Below, in pieces: positions 21,058 through 32,063 of a stretch of 64,000 nucleotides of DNA; position 1 is the stretch's first letter, and each line of letters starts with the position of its first letter. Location: the NCBI GenBank assembly GCA_039815375.1, contig JBCBZJ010000008.1:48393-112392 (forward strand). Direction: 5' to 3'. The DNA is from Verrucomicrobiota bacterium. GTDB lineage: Bacteria; Verrucomicrobiota; Verrucomicrobiia; Opitutales; Coraliomargaritaceae. The position numbers and the translations under genes are program-made. Below the pieces are notes generated by a model that did no database searches, was not told the DNA's origin, and was given only the letters and a program-made list of their open reading frames with translations.

Positions 21058-22707
21058 TTGAAGCCTTTTAATTATCTCGCCAACGCAGTGCGTGCACCGG
21101 AGATCGTTGCGATTCTGGTGCGGTGGGGCTTTGAAGACTTGTTGCTGCAGCTCGATACACCGCAGTTCCTGCTCAAGAATCTAGTCCGCAAGAAGGTGAG
21201 TGGGCTCTCGCCTTATGAGCGTGTGCGTGCTGCCTGCGAAGAGCTGGGACCGATTTTTGTTAAGTTTGGACAGATCTTGAGCACACGTCCGGACAAGCTG
21301 CCGGAGCCACTCGTGATGGAGCTGAAGAAGCTCCGCAGTCAGGTGGAAACACAGGACTTTGAACGTATTCGGCCTGTTTTGCTGAAGGAACTGCAGGGTG
21401 AGCTAGAGGACTTCTTCAGTGAGTTTGATACCAGCCCGGTCGCGGCCGGTTCTCTGGGTCAGGTCTATCGGGCAAAGTTGCTGTCCACCGGAGAGACGGT
21501 TGCAGTCAAGGTTCAACGCGACGATATCCGCAAGACCATCTCTTCGGATCTGGAGATCATTGGATGGTTTGCCCGTCAGTTGCATACCCGGATCGATTAT
21601 TTGCGTCCCTTCAATCTGCCGACTTTGGTGCGTGAGGCCGAACTGCGCCTTGAAGACGAATTGGATTATCGTAACGAGGCAGACAATGCGGAGATTTTCC
21701 GCTCGCTGAATACCGATCAACCCAGGGTCTTTGCGCCAAAAGTCTATCGGAACTTCACCACACGGCGCCTGCTTGTGACCGAGTGGGTGGAGGGTGAGTC
21801 GCCGGACGAGGTCGAATTTTCTCCTGAGGAGGCTGCGGAGCTCGCCAAATTGGGTGGTGAATCCGTGTTCCACCAGATTGTAGGCACCGGGTTTTTCCAT
21901 TCGGACCCACATTCCGGCAATATGCTGATCACTCAGGACAAGCGAATTTGCTTTCTTGATTGGGGGCAGGCGGGGCAGATCACTCTGGAAATGCGCTATG
22001 CCTTGGCAGACCTCTTTGCAGCGATCACTTCGCGCAATGCGGACAAGGTGATTCGAGTAGGTGAGCGTATGTCAGTGAGCAACCGACGAATTGATCGCCG
22101 CCGTCTGGAGAAGGAAGTGACTTTTTTGCTCAATAAGTATCGTGAATTCGGTCCTTCGGGGACAAAGATGGGAACGGTTGGCCTGGAGATGCTTTATATC
22201 TTCGGCACCAATGGTATCGAGGTGTCGCCGGATTATGCGCTGCTTTCTAAGGCGATCCTCTGTCTTGAGGAAAGTGCGCGCACGCTTGACTCGAACTTTG
22301 ACATTCAAGAGGTGGCCAAACCTTTCCTTGTTGAATTGAATAAGGAGCGCTGGAGCTTTGAAGGCATTTCGCGGCAGACGGCCTATCCGATTTTGGCGAT
22401 GCTGCGCAGGATGCAACAGATCCCGGAAAATGTGCAACGGATTCTGCAGCGCCTTGAGGAAGAGGATATTCGGATTAATCTCCACCACGCAGGCACGGAG
22501 GATCTGCAGGGCACCTTTAATGCTTCAATGAACCGCCTGACAGTTGGCATTATTGTCGGTTCCTTGATCATCGGTTCCTCTCTGGTCATCACGACTGGCG
22601 TGAAACCCCTCTTGTTCGGCTATCCTGCGATTGGAATTCTCGGATTCATCGCTTCGGGTCTTCTAGGTCTGTATATTGTCGTTTCGACGCTGCGAAAGCA
22701 CTACTGA
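21058..22707 (+). CDS. AarF/UbiB (ABC1) family kinase
   Basis: LGPIFVKFGQILSTRPD, AVKVQR, FFHSDPHSGN, LDWG; C-terminal TMs. Confidence 0.92.
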   Translation: MKPFNYLANAVRAPEIVAILVRWGFEDLLLQLDTPQFLLKNLVRKKVSGLSPYERVRAACEELGPIFVKFGQILSTRPDKLPEPLVMELKKLRSQVETQDFERIRPVLLKELQGELEDFFSEFDTSPVAAGSLGQVYRAKLLSTGETVAVKVQRDDIRKTISSDLEIIGWFARQLHTRIDYLRPFNLPTLVREAELRLEDELDYRNEADNAEIFRSLNTDQPRVFAPKVYRNFTTRRLLVTEWVEGESPDEVEFSPEEAAELAKLGGESVFHQIVGTGFFHSDPHSGNMLITQDKRICFLDWGQAGQITLEMRYALADLFAAITSRNADKVIRVGERMSVSNRRIDRRRLEKEVTFLLNKYREFGPSGTKMGTVGLEMLYIFGTNGIEVSPDYALLSKAILCLEESARTLDSNFDIQEVAKPFLVELNKERWSFEGISRQTAYPILAMLRRMQQIPENVQRILQRLEEEDIRINLHHAGTEDLQGTFNASMNRLTVGIIVGSLIIGSSLVITTGVKPLLFGYPAIGILGFIASGLLGLYIVVSTLRKHY

Positions 22708-22833
22708 GTTTGGCTGTTGCACATCTGTTCTTGATATTCAGCTAGATACGGGCTTACTCTATGAAAATAATAGCCTGAAAACCCCTCAGGCAGGGCTGGC
22801 AAGCCCAAGCTTTTCCGAAAACCCCTTCGGGAG

Positions 22834-24381
22834 ATGCTAATGCCGAAAAAAGTTATGACTTTGGAGCATATTCTGGAGCTTTCGATAGGTGCCGTCCTAG
22901 GTGCCGGGTTTGTTATGCTCGCTTTGAAGTCAAAAGTCGCTCGTGCCGCGGAGGCGCAGCGCCTGAAGATCGAGGTTGAAGCGCGGGAGGCACAGCTCAA
23001 GCTGAAGGAAGATCGAGCAAAAATGGAGCTCGAGCTTCAAAAGAAGCAGGGGGAGCAGGAGCGTGTTCTTGCCGGCCGCGAAGATGAGTTGTCTGTGAGA
23101 ATTCGTGAGCTCGAGCGTGAGTCAGATCGTTTGGAGGGCTTTGATAAGCAAAACGAAGAAAGAGCGAAACAACTTGTTAAAGAGCAGGTATTATTAGGAG
23201 AGGCCGAACACGAGGCTGAAAAAGTGCGCCGTCTTTACCGGATGAAGCTTCACCAAATTACTCAGATGGATCAGGACGATGCTCGACAGCTATTGCTCCG
23301 GGCAGCGGAGCAGGAGTGTGACCAGGAGATACGTGATCTCAGGCGCACAAAGCTGAGCCGCTCAGAAGCCGAGATTTCCGATGAGGCCAAACGCATCCTT
23401 TTGGCGGCCATGCAGCGGATTACCAGCCAACCCATGAATGACGCCACTGCGACTGTCGTCAACTTGCCCAGCGAGGAAATGAAAGGGCGTATCATCGGTC
23501 GGGAAGGTCGGAACATCAGAACTTTTGAACATGCTACCGGCACAACCCTGATGATCGATGAGACACCGGACTCAGTGCTCATTTCCTGTTTTGATCCGGT
23601 CCGCCGTGAAATTGCCCGTATTGCGCTCGAAGCCCTACTGCGCGACGGACGTATCCATCCTGCCAGCATTGAGGACGAAGTGATCAAGGCTGAGGACGAG
23701 ATGCTAGCCAATGTGATCGATTTGGGTGAGGGGGCTTTGCGCAAGCTCCGCCTCCACGACGTCCACCCCGAGATTGTTGCCCTGTTGGGTAAATTGCATT
23801 ACCGGCTTTCCAATAACCAAAACACGCTGGCACATTCCGTTGAAGTGGCGAATCTCTGCGCTTTGATTGCTTCGGAGATCGGCTTGGATCCTGCTGTAGC
23901 CAAACGTGCAGGCCTTTTCCATGATATTGGAAAGGCGGTCGATGAGGATTATGAAGGAAGTCATGCCATGGTAGGTGCGGATGTGATCAAGCAACACGGT
24001 GAAGACCTCCGGGTCGTCAACGCGACTGCAGCACATCACAATGAAGTGCCCGCTGAGACACCCTACGCCGGTTTGGTAATGGTTGCCGATTCACTTTCGG
24101 CGGTTCGCCCGGGTGCCCGCGCTTCATCGATCGATGGTTTTATTCAACGGGTGCGCAGCATTGAGGAGATTGCGGCGGCTGAAAACGGAGTCAGTGAGGC
24201 CTATGCGATTCAGGCTGGCCGAGAGGTTCGCGTTATTGTTGAGCCCGATGTCATCGGCGATGAGGAAGCCCGTCAACTGGCTCGATCCATTCGTCAGCGT
24301 ATCGAAGATGAATTAAACTATCCGGGCACTGTTGAGATTACGGTGATACGTGAACAACGATTTAAAGAGACTGCGGTATGA
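22834..24381 (+). CDS. rny: Ribonuclease Y
   Basis: N-terminal TM and coiled coil, KH ([14 protein letters not shown]), HD (HDIGKA), [11 protein letters not shown]. Confidence 0.96.
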   Translation: MLMPKKVMTLEHILELSIGAVLGAGFVMLALKSKVARAAEAQRLKIEVEAREAQLKLKEDRAKMELELQKKQGEQERVLAGREDELSVRIRELERESDRLEGFDKQNEERAKQLVKEQVLLGEAEHEAEKVRRLYRMKLHQITQMDQDDARQLLLRAAEQECDQEIRDLRRTKLSRSEAEISDEAKRILLAAMQRITSQPMNDATATVVNLPSEEMKGRIIGREGRNIRTFEHATGTTLMIDETPDSVLISCFDPVRREIARIALEALLRDGRIHPASIEDEVIKAEDEMLANVIDLGEGALRKLRLHDVHPEIVALLGKLHYRLSNNQNTLAHSVEVANLCALIASEIGLDPAVAKRAGLFHDIGKAVDEDYEGSHAMVGADVIKQHGEDLRVVNATAAHHNEVPAETPYAGLVMVADSLSAVRPGARASSIDGFIQRVRSIEEIAAAENGVSEAYAIQAGREVRVIVEPDVIGDEEARQLARSIRQRIEDELNYPGTVEITVIREQRFKETAV

Positions 24382-25421
24382 TGATGCGCCAAACAGTCCT
24401 TGTACTTCTTATCCTGGTCCTTGAGGCAGCGACTATCCATGCTGCTTCGAGCATCGTTACAATGCGATCCGGTGAGCGACTGATTGGTGAGGTGTTACCC
24501 GGTTCTGATACGACTACTCTGGTGCTCAAGTCTGCTTTGCTTGGTGAGCTCAAGCTGCCGCGCAATGAGGTGATTTCTGAGGAAGCCTTGTCGGCGGCTA
24601 TCGCAGCAAAGCCTCAACCCGCGCCCGCAGTTGCGCCGTCAGAGCCTCAAATTGCTGCACAAGACAAGAATCTCGTGTTAACTGAAGAAGAAGTCGCTCA
24701 CATCGAAGAGCGTCGTCTGATTGAACAATTTCAGGACTTGAAGACTCCTGACAGTTGGAGTGGCACCCTTCGTGTCGGAATGAACTTTAGTGACGGGGAC
24801 AGTAAATGGTCTGAAGCTTATGCGAAGGGTAACCTGATTATTGATCCGGAGGGCAGTCGAAACTACTATCGAATAAGCGGTTCATATACCTACCGTGAGA
24901 CAGAAAGAGGTTCAACAACTGTAAAATCAACAGATCGCTATGACGGTAATCTGACCTATCGGCGTGACTTCTCTGAAAGAATTTTCCTTCAGGGCACTGC
25001 CGCAGGTCGAGTTGACCGGATCAAAGGGATAGAGCGTGAGCTGCAGGGCTTGGTTGGTGCCGGTGTTCGGTTGAAGCCAATCGAAGATATGGAATTTATA
25101 GTCGGCGGTGGTGGCGGGGCCGAAGAACTTGATGTTGACTTTCAAGACACGCGTAGCGGCGTTAATCCGGTTGCCAATGTTTTTCAGGAAGTCACCTGGA
25201 AACCTTCGAAGAAGATCACGCTGGCTCAGGAGTTTAATTACTTCATCAATCCAGAAGAAGGGGAGCAATATAACTATATTCTAACTGCGGCCTTCCGCTA
25301 CCGTTTAACAGACCTTTTCGGTCTGGAATTTTCGTATAACGAGAATTTCGACAATGATGTCGGCAACGGTAATATCAAAGACGACATCCGCTGGCGGAAT
25401 GCTCTAGTGGTCTACTTCTGA
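24378..25421 (+). CDS. DUF481/YdiY-like outer-membrane beta-barrel protein
   Basis: Signal peptide, amphipathic strands, C-terminal Phe. Confidence 0.7.
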   Translation: MMMRQTVLVLLILVLEAATIHAASSIVTMRSGERLIGEVLPGSDTTTLVLKSALLGELKLPRNEVISEEALSAAIAAKPQPAPAVAPSEPQIAAQDKNLVLTEEEVAHIEERRLIEQFQDLKTPDSWSGTLRVGMNFSDGDSKWSEAYAKGNLIIDPEGSRNYYRISGSYTYRETERGSTTVKSTDRYDGNLTYRRDFSERIFLQGTAAGRVDRIKGIERELQGLVGAGVRLKPIEDMEFIVGGGGGAEELDVDFQDTRSGVNPVANVFQEVTWKPSKKITLAQEFNYFINPEEGEQYNYILTAAFRYRLTDLFGLEFSYNENFDNDVGNGNIKDDIRWRNALVVYF

Positions 25422-25620
25422 CTGGAATCGCACAGTTAACGCGCCAGTAAAGAATCTTCCTTAGGGCAGGTAGAGCAACATTGGAGCTGACTCCTGATCG
25501 CTGGTATTCTTCGTTAAAGACGTTTTCGATATTCAAGCCCACGGTTACATCTTCATTGAGATCATGGCTCGTACCGAGGTCGACTCGAATGTAGTCCCGG
25601 AGTGTAGCGCCGCCGATGGG
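25422..25620 (-). pseudogene. C-terminal remnant of a TonB-dependent receptor
   Basis: Manual translation LRDYIRVDLGTSHDLNEDVTVGLNIENVFNEEYQ...PAL, then +1 shift to GRFFTGALTVRF. Confidence 0.7.
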
Positions 25621-25640
25621 GCAGAGCGAAATTAACGACC

Positions 25641-25671
25641 GTTGGGGAGCGCTACTGAGGCGCTCCCCAAC
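25641..25671. terminator. 12-bp perfect hairpin between convergent genes (no clear U-tract)
   Basis: GTTGGGGAGCGC-N7-GCGCTCCCCAAC. Confidence 0.55.
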
Positions 25672-25710
25672 TTAGATAATGCCTGTGAAAACCGACAGGT
25701 CGCCGAGGAT

Positions 25711-26808
25711 TCAGAAAGCTTTTTGCCAACCAAGCGTTAAGATCCAGTCGGTTTCGAGCTGGTAGCCATTCAGGTCCTGCCACAGGGGGAGCCGTAAATC
25801 GGCTGCGATGCGATGACCTTCCAGAGCACCAGAAGGAGCCAGTAGGTTTAGGCCAAGGATTGCGTCGATTCTTTCGCCACCGTAGTTTTCATTGAATGCC
25901 GTAGTTACTGAATTTAGGCCCATCGGGCCATTGGTGCCGACATCATCCTGAGTGCCTCTGAGCTCTCCCTTGTATTGGTAACTGAAACCGCCGTTTAGGC
26001 CCAGCCAATCGGTTAGGTTGTATCCGGTCCACGCGATCGATTCGAAGACGTGCCCGAGCCGGTAACCGTTGTCGTTCTCGCTTTCGAGTCGAATAATGCC
26101 GTTGGCTTGAGCGCCCCAAGACCATTTCTCAAACTGTTGAACAAAGGTAAAAGACGGGAGTAAGTCGTAAGTGCCTGAACCAAGCTGCATAGCCGCTGGC
26201 AACTGATTGACATTGAATGTGGGGGGCATGCCGGGGCGAGGGGTGCGGTCCTTTTCATCAATAGATCCGGTTGGTAGACTTAGGCCGATTCCGACGTGAG
26301 CCTTACGGTTGCCCTCAAGATAAAAGCGATAAAGTGCAGTTAATCTGGTATCGCCCCAACCGCTGCTCTCTGTGGTGAAGGTGTTGCCGCCGACAACATT
26401 GAACAACATGGCTGGTGCGGCTGGATTTATCAGATGGTCCATTTCGCTTTCCAGATAGTTTGCCATCAGCATGAGCGTAAGCTTGTCCGAGGGTGCATAC
26501 ATCAAGCCGAACATATGCATGTCCATAGACATCTCTGTAGGAGTGACGGTGTAGCCGCCGTCTGCTGCGAAGACTTCGGTGGAAGAAACCCGGTCGGTGC
26601 CGTTACGCATGCCGTCCATCTCCATTGACATGAAGCGATAAGAAAGCATGAAGCCGCCTTTGGCGTGTGTGTGGTCGCCCATGACTGAGATGGAGGCATG
26701 ACCGTCGGGCCCTTCATGGCCTGCTGGACAGCAGGGAAAAGCTGGTGTGGGAATATCTGCAGAGCAGATAGATGCGATGAATAGTAGTGTCGTGGTATAG
26801 ATTTTCAT
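25711..26808 (-). CDS. His/Met-rich outer-membrane beta-barrel transporter-family protein
   Basis: Signal peptide, PDGHASISVMGDHTH, MSMDMHM, MQLGSGTYD, C-terminal Phe. Confidence 0.75.
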   Translation of the reverse strand: MKIYTTTLLFIASICSADIPTPAFPCCPAGHEGPDGHASISVMGDHTHAKGGFMLSYRFMSMEMDGMRNGTDRVSSTEVFAADGGYTVTPTEMSMDMHMFGLMYAPSDKLTLMLMANYLESEMDHLINPAAPAMLFNVVGGNTFTTESSGWGDTRLTALYRFYLEGNRKAHVGIGLSLPTGSIDEKDRTPRPGMPPTFNVNQLPAAMQLGSGTYDLLPSFTFVQQFEKWSWGAQANGIIRLESENDNGYRLGHVFESIAWTGYNLTDWLGLNGGFSYQYKGELRGTQDDVGTNGPMGLNSVTTAFNENYGGERIDAILGLNLLAPSGALEGHRIAADLRLPLWQDLNGYQLETDWILTLGWQKAF

Positions 26809-26906
26809 GGTTGTGACGTGCGCACGCGCTGCAAGGATCCGCGCCGAGGCACTTTAAAAGTGAAGCTTGTATGTATTCCGCATATGAAATGCGGTCTGGT
26901 TTGGTT

Positions 26907-27320
26907 CTAAACCAAGCTTCGCGGTGGCGGTGTCGGCACCTGCTGGCCGACCGAACGATACAACCAGGTTTCGAAAATCCGATCTGCTTTCGAGCTGTGC
27001 GGGACCGGCACGCGAACGGCTCGCTCAAGGCCCAGCATCAACTTCAGGCTTTTGTAATCGTTTTTCGGTGGCAGCGGAGTGCTCTCGTCCTGTTTCTCTT
27101 CAACTGAATCAATAAGCCGGCACAATTCGCAGGGGCGGTCGCCTCCGAAAGTCTCTCGGAAGGCCTGCTCAATCGAGCTTTCCTGTGAGTAGCTGGTCAG
27201 CATCCACGCCCAAGCACCCAGCTGCAGAATAGCCAGCGGTCCCACTGCGAGCCATAGGCATACGATAAGAAGGCTAGACTTGCCGACTGAGCGTAGGAAT
27301 TTGAGTGTATTGAAAGTCAC
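26907..27320 (-). CDS. Small membrane protein with CxxC and C-terminal polyproline (DUF2946/CruR-like architecture)
   Basis: N-terminal hydrophobic segment, PCELC, PTPPPR near the C-terminus. Confidence 0.65.
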   Translation of the reverse strand: MTFNTLKFLRSVGKSSLLIVCLWLAVGPLAILQLGAWAWMLTSYSQESSIEQAFRETFGGDRPCELCRLIDSVEEKQDESTPLPPKNDYKSLKLMLGLERAVRVPVPHSSKADRIFETWLYRSVGQQVPTPPPRSLV

Positions 27321-27470
27321 GAGAAAAACTAGCGCACTGGGCTATGTTTTCTGAATGCATTCTGGCCGCAGGTGAAGTTGTTTTTTCGAATAAAATCAAA
27401 TCAAGGTCCCGCGATTAGCGGCATTAATTTACTATTTTCAACTGGTAGTATGTGATTGCAGGGGGGTCGT

Positions 27471-27491
27471 TAATGCAAGTTACTAGCATTA
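27471..27491. promoter_or_regulatory. Candidate metalloregulator (Fur/Zur-like) operator
   Basis: TAATGCAAGT-T-ACTAGCATTA, 9/10 inverted repeat ending at the receptor ATG. Confidence 0.5.
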
Positions 27492-29530
27492 TGAAAATAC
27501 TCTTTTGTGTATGCTCTGCATTTCTGCCCCTCAGCTTGATATCGCATCCTATTTTTGAATTGGAAGACTACGAAGTAGTCAGCCGCGAAACAAATTTGAT
27601 CGGCGAGACGCTAGCTGCGTCGCAGGGTGTATACGGACAAGAGGATCTTGAATATCGTCCAATTCTGAGAACTGGAGAAGTGCTTGAGGTAGTGCCCGGT
27701 TTGGTCGTTACACAGCATAGTGGCACGGGTAAAGCGAATCAGTATTTCCTACGCGGCTTCAATCTTGATCACGGAACCGACTTTGCGACTTTCGTTGATG
27801 GGATGCCCGTCAACATGGTCACGCACGCTCATGGACAGGGTTACTCGGACTTCAACTTCGTCATCCCAGAGCTCATTGAATTTGTGAGCTATACGAAAGG
27901 TCCTTACCACGCTGCTTTGGGTGATTTTTCCTCCGCAGGCTCGGCTCAGATCAAGACAGTTGATCGTCTTGAACAAGGTCTGGCCACCCTGACGATCGGC
28001 GAAGACAGCTATTACCGGGGTGTTTTAGCAGATAGCTTCGATATTAGCGACAAAGAGACGGTTCTTTTTGGTGTTGAAGGCCACTATTATGATGGGCCGT
28101 GGGAGATTGGGGAAAACCTGAACCAGTTTAAAGGTCTTGCGAAATACTCACGCCTATTGGTGGATGGTGAGCTGTCTTTTACCTTCCACGGGTATGATGC
28201 AGAGTGGGACTCTGCCGATCAAATTCCGATCCGGGCAGTCCAGCAAAACCTTATTTCGCCGCTCGGTTCGATCGACGATGATGTCGGTGGGGAAAGTTCG
28301 CGCTATAGCATTTCGACCGACTATCGTAAGGAAACAGCCAGTGGTGTGACTGATGTGAACGCATACGCAGTTTACTACGACCTGAACCTTTGGTCCAACT
28401 TCACTTATTTTTTGGAGGACCCGATCAATGGTGACGAGTTTGAGCAAGCAGAGGAGCGCATGATCTATGGCGCGAGTGTTGCCCATAATATTCCGAACGC
28501 CAACTGGTTTGAACGCCCTGCGCGCCACACTTTCGGAATGCAGGTCCGCTATGACGATATTGATGGAGTCGGCCTCTATCAGACTGCTGGTCGACAGCGT
28601 ATCGGGACAGTCCGCGAGGATGATGTAAACGAATTCTCGACAGGTTTGTTTTATGAAAACGAGATTCAATGGACAGATCGCCTGACATCGATTGTGGGTC
28701 TCCGAGCGGACTATTTCTATTTCGACGTCGAGAGCGATTTACAGGCGAACTCTGGAAATGAGGATGACTTTATTGCCAGTCCCAAACTCAATCTGATCTA
28801 TAGTTTGAGTGAGGAGGTTGAACTCTACGCGAGTGCAGGCCTCGGGTTTCATAGTAACGATGCAAGAGGAACGACAATCACGCTCGATCCCACTGACCCA
28901 CTACTCATGACGCCTGCGGACCAAGTCGACCCGCTTGTTAAATCAACGGGGGCAGAAGTGGGCATGCGCCTATCGTGGAATGAGAAGCTGAATAGTTCGG
29001 TTTCATTCTGGTGGCTCGAGCTGGATTCAGAGCTGCTCTACGTCGGTGACGCGGGAGCGACCGAGGCGAGTATAGGGAGCGAGCGCTATGGTATTGAGTT
29101 TGCCAACTACTATCGACCGTTCGACCAGCTGATCTTCGATCTCGATTTTTCTGTGACGCATGCTGAGCTGGAAAACGGAGACGAAATCCCTGGTGCGCTT
29201 GATACCGTTCTAAATGGAGGAGTCACCTATCAAAACGATTCCGGGTTCTTCACGACGCTGCGTGTCCGCTACTTTGGTCCGAGGCCACTCGTGGAAGATG
29301 GCTCAGTTGAGTCAGATAGCTCCCTCGTCTTCAACTACCGTATCGGTTACGATATCTCGGAAAGTCTTCGCATTTCACTCGATGTGCTGAATCTCTTTGA
29401 TTCGGATGATGATGACATCAGTTACTTCTATGAATCACGTCTCCCGGGCGAAGTGGTTGGTGTGGAAGACGTCCACTTCCACCCCATTGAGCCGCGAACA
29501 ATCCGCGGAACTTTGACATACCGTTTTTAG
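27491..29530 (+). CDS. TonB-dependent receptor (ATG 27491 preferred)
   Basis: Plug QHSGTGKANQYFLRGFNLDHGTDF, THAHGQGY; LNLFD; ends TLTYRF. Confidence 0.92.
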   Translation: MKILFCVCSAFLPLSLISHPIFELEDYEVVSRETNLIGETLAASQGVYGQEDLEYRPILRTGEVLEVVPGLVVTQHSGTGKANQYFLRGFNLDHGTDFATFVDGMPVNMVTHAHGQGYSDFNFVIPELIEFVSYTKGPYHAALGDFSSAGSAQIKTVDRLEQGLATLTIGEDSYYRGVLADSFDISDKETVLFGVEGHYYDGPWEIGENLNQFKGLAKYSRLLVDGELSFTFHGYDAEWDSADQIPIRAVQQNLISPLGSIDDDVGGESSRYSISTDYRKETASGVTDVNAYAVYYDLNLWSNFTYFLEDPINGDEFEQAEERMIYGASVAHNIPNANWFERPARHTFGMQVRYDDIDGVGLYQTAGRQRIGTVREDDVNEFSTGLFYENEIQWTDRLTSIVGLRADYFYFDVESDLQANSGNEDDFIASPKLNLIYSLSEEVELYASAGLGFHSNDARGTTITLDPTDPLLMTPADQVDPLVKSTGAEVGMRLSWNEKLNSSVSFWWLELDSELLYVGDAGATEASIGSERYGIEFANYYRPFDQLIFDLDFSVTHAELENGDEIPGALDTVLNGGVTYQNDSGFFTTLRVRYFGPRPLVEDGSVESDSSLVFNYRIGYDISESLRISLDVLNLFDSDDDDISYFYESRLPGEVVGVEDVHFHPIEPRTIRGTLTYRF

Positions 29531-29542
29531 AGGAGCGTTACA

Positions 29543-30739
29543 CTAGTGCTGAAGTGCATAGGCTAGAGTTTTGCCTTCGTGCTGAATAGTGACATGATTT
29601 TGTCGGTCGTCACGCTGGCTGGCTTCGGTGTGCCCGATAACCTTTGCGGGAATGCCGAAGGATTCGCTTTGGGCGATGATGGCATCGGCAGCTTTGGGGT
29701 CGCAAAAGATTTCCATACGATGGCCCATGTTGTAAACGCGGAACATTTCTTCGTCGCTTGTGCCGCTGGCTGTTTGGATGGCCTTGAAAATCGGTGGTAT
29801 GGGCAGGAAGTTATCCTTGATGTGATGCACTCCGGTGCCGAAGCGTATGCACTTGGTTTGGCCGCCTCCGGAGCAGTGAACCATGCCATGAATGCTTTGG
29901 CGATTTTCGCTCAGCAGTTTTTTGATAACGGGCGCGTAGGTGCGTGTCGGGCTAAGTAGTGCGTCGCCAACTGTAATGGTCGAGTCTGGAAGCGGATCGT
30001 CCATTTTGTAGGGGCCGCAATAGAGAAAACGCGGATCGGTGCGGGCGTCGGCAGTTTCCGGATACTTTTCGAGATAGTAGGGGCTGAGCAGGTCGTGACG
30101 TGCGCTGGTCAAACCATTGCTGCCGATGCCGGAATTTTCGAAGGTTTCATAGCTGGCTTGCCCGGAGGATGCGAGTCCGACGATGGCGAGTCCGGGCTTG
30201 ATATCAGCATTGTCGATGACATCGGCGCGGTCCATCACGACGACGGCGCAGGAATCGACCGTGACCGTTCCGGTCAGGTCGCCGACATCGGCAGTTTCGC
30301 CACCTCCGCTGTGGACGCCGACACCGTAATCGCGAAGTGTGGCAAGGAAGTTTTCGGTGCCTGAGATGAGTTGGGCTAGGGCTTCGCCGGGGATGGCACG
30401 GGCATTGCGATTTACCGTGCTAGAGATGAGTATGCCGTCAATGGCGCCAACGCAAAGCAGGTCATCGATATTCATGACGAGACTGTCTTGAGCGGTTTTG
30501 CGGAAAGCGGATGGATCGCCAGTCTCACGGTAGTGGAGGTAGGCGAGGGTGCTCTTGGTGCCGGAGCCGTCGGAGTGAATAATATTACACTTCGTGGGGT
30601 TTCCGGTAAGGACATCCGGGCCGATCTTACAGAAGGCTCCAGGGAAGACGCCACGGTCGAGGTTGTCTACGACGGCGTGGACTTCGGATTTTGAGGAGGA
30701 AACCCCGCGTTGGGCGTAGCGATCAGATGGATTGCTCAT
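29543..30739 (-). CDS. purM: Phosphoribosylformylglycinamidine cyclo-ligase (AIR synthase)
   Basis: [34 protein letters not shown]. Confidence 0.88.
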   Translation of the reverse strand: MSNPSDRYAQRGVSSSKSEVHAVVDNLDRGVFPGAFCKIGPDVLTGNPTKCNIIHSDGSGTKSTLAYLHYRETGDPSAFRKTAQDSLVMNIDDLLCVGAIDGILISSTVNRNARAIPGEALAQLISGTENFLATLRDYGVGVHSGGGETADVGDLTGTVTVDSCAVVVMDRADVIDNADIKPGLAIVGLASSGQASYETFENSGIGSNGLTSARHDLLSPYYLEKYPETADARTDPRFLYCGPYKMDDPLPDSTITVGDALLSPTRTYAPVIKKLLSENRQSIHGMVHCSGGGQTKCIRFGTGVHHIKDNFLPIPPIFKAIQTASGTSDEEMFRVYNMGHRMEIFCDPKAADAIIAQSESFGIPAKVIGHTEASQRDDRQNHVTIQHEGKTLAYALQH

Positions 30740-30745
30740 AGAGAA

Positions 30746-31388
<643 letters not shown>

Positions 31389-31396
<8 letters not shown>

Positions 31397-32063
31397 ATTC
31401 AGGTCCAGCGATAATTTTGCAGATATGGTCAACCACCTCTTCCAGAGTCATCGGCGCGGTATCGACCTGCGTCGCTCCATTTGGGCAGACAAGGGGTGCG
31501 GTCTTGCGAGTTGAGTCGAGTTTGTCGCGGGCAGCAATGGAGTCGGTCTGCCCCTCTTTGGCTCGGCGCGCAGCACGGGTTTTCTCGTCGGCATGTAGGA
31601 AGAACCGGTAGGGTGCGTCCGGGAGGATGACTGATCCGATGTCGCGCCCCTCCATAATGAGCCCGGCGAAGCCGTTCGCCCGACCTACATCTGCCTGACT
31701 TCTCTGGTAGTTAAAAAGAAAATTTCGAACAGCTTTGATGGTCGCAAAGCGTGCGACCGCAGCATTCACTTCAGGTGAACGGATCTCTGCATCGCGTGGC
31801 ACTACTCCGTTGATGCTGATTTTGGCACTCCGGCCTTCGAGGGTGGTGTCGAGTTGCAGCTGCTCGAGCAGATTAGGGATCGCATCCGGCATTTCAGGGT
31901 TAGCTTCTGCTTGAAGAAGTGCGTAAGTGACTGAGCGATAGTGGGCACCTGTGTCGACATGCATAAGCCCGAGACGCTCTGCGATGCCTTTTGAGGTGGA
32001 TGACTTGCCTGTGGCAGCACCGCCGTCGATCGCGATGATTTTGAAAGAGCTGTCTTCAGGCAT
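31389..32063 (-). CDS. cmk: Cytidylate kinase
   Basis: IAIDGGAATGKSS, DTGAHYR, MEGRDIG. Confidence 0.95.

Noticed and set aside
22708..22833. 6S RNA upstream of rny
   Set aside because: Gap is only ~126 bp and folds as short local hairpins, not a long rod
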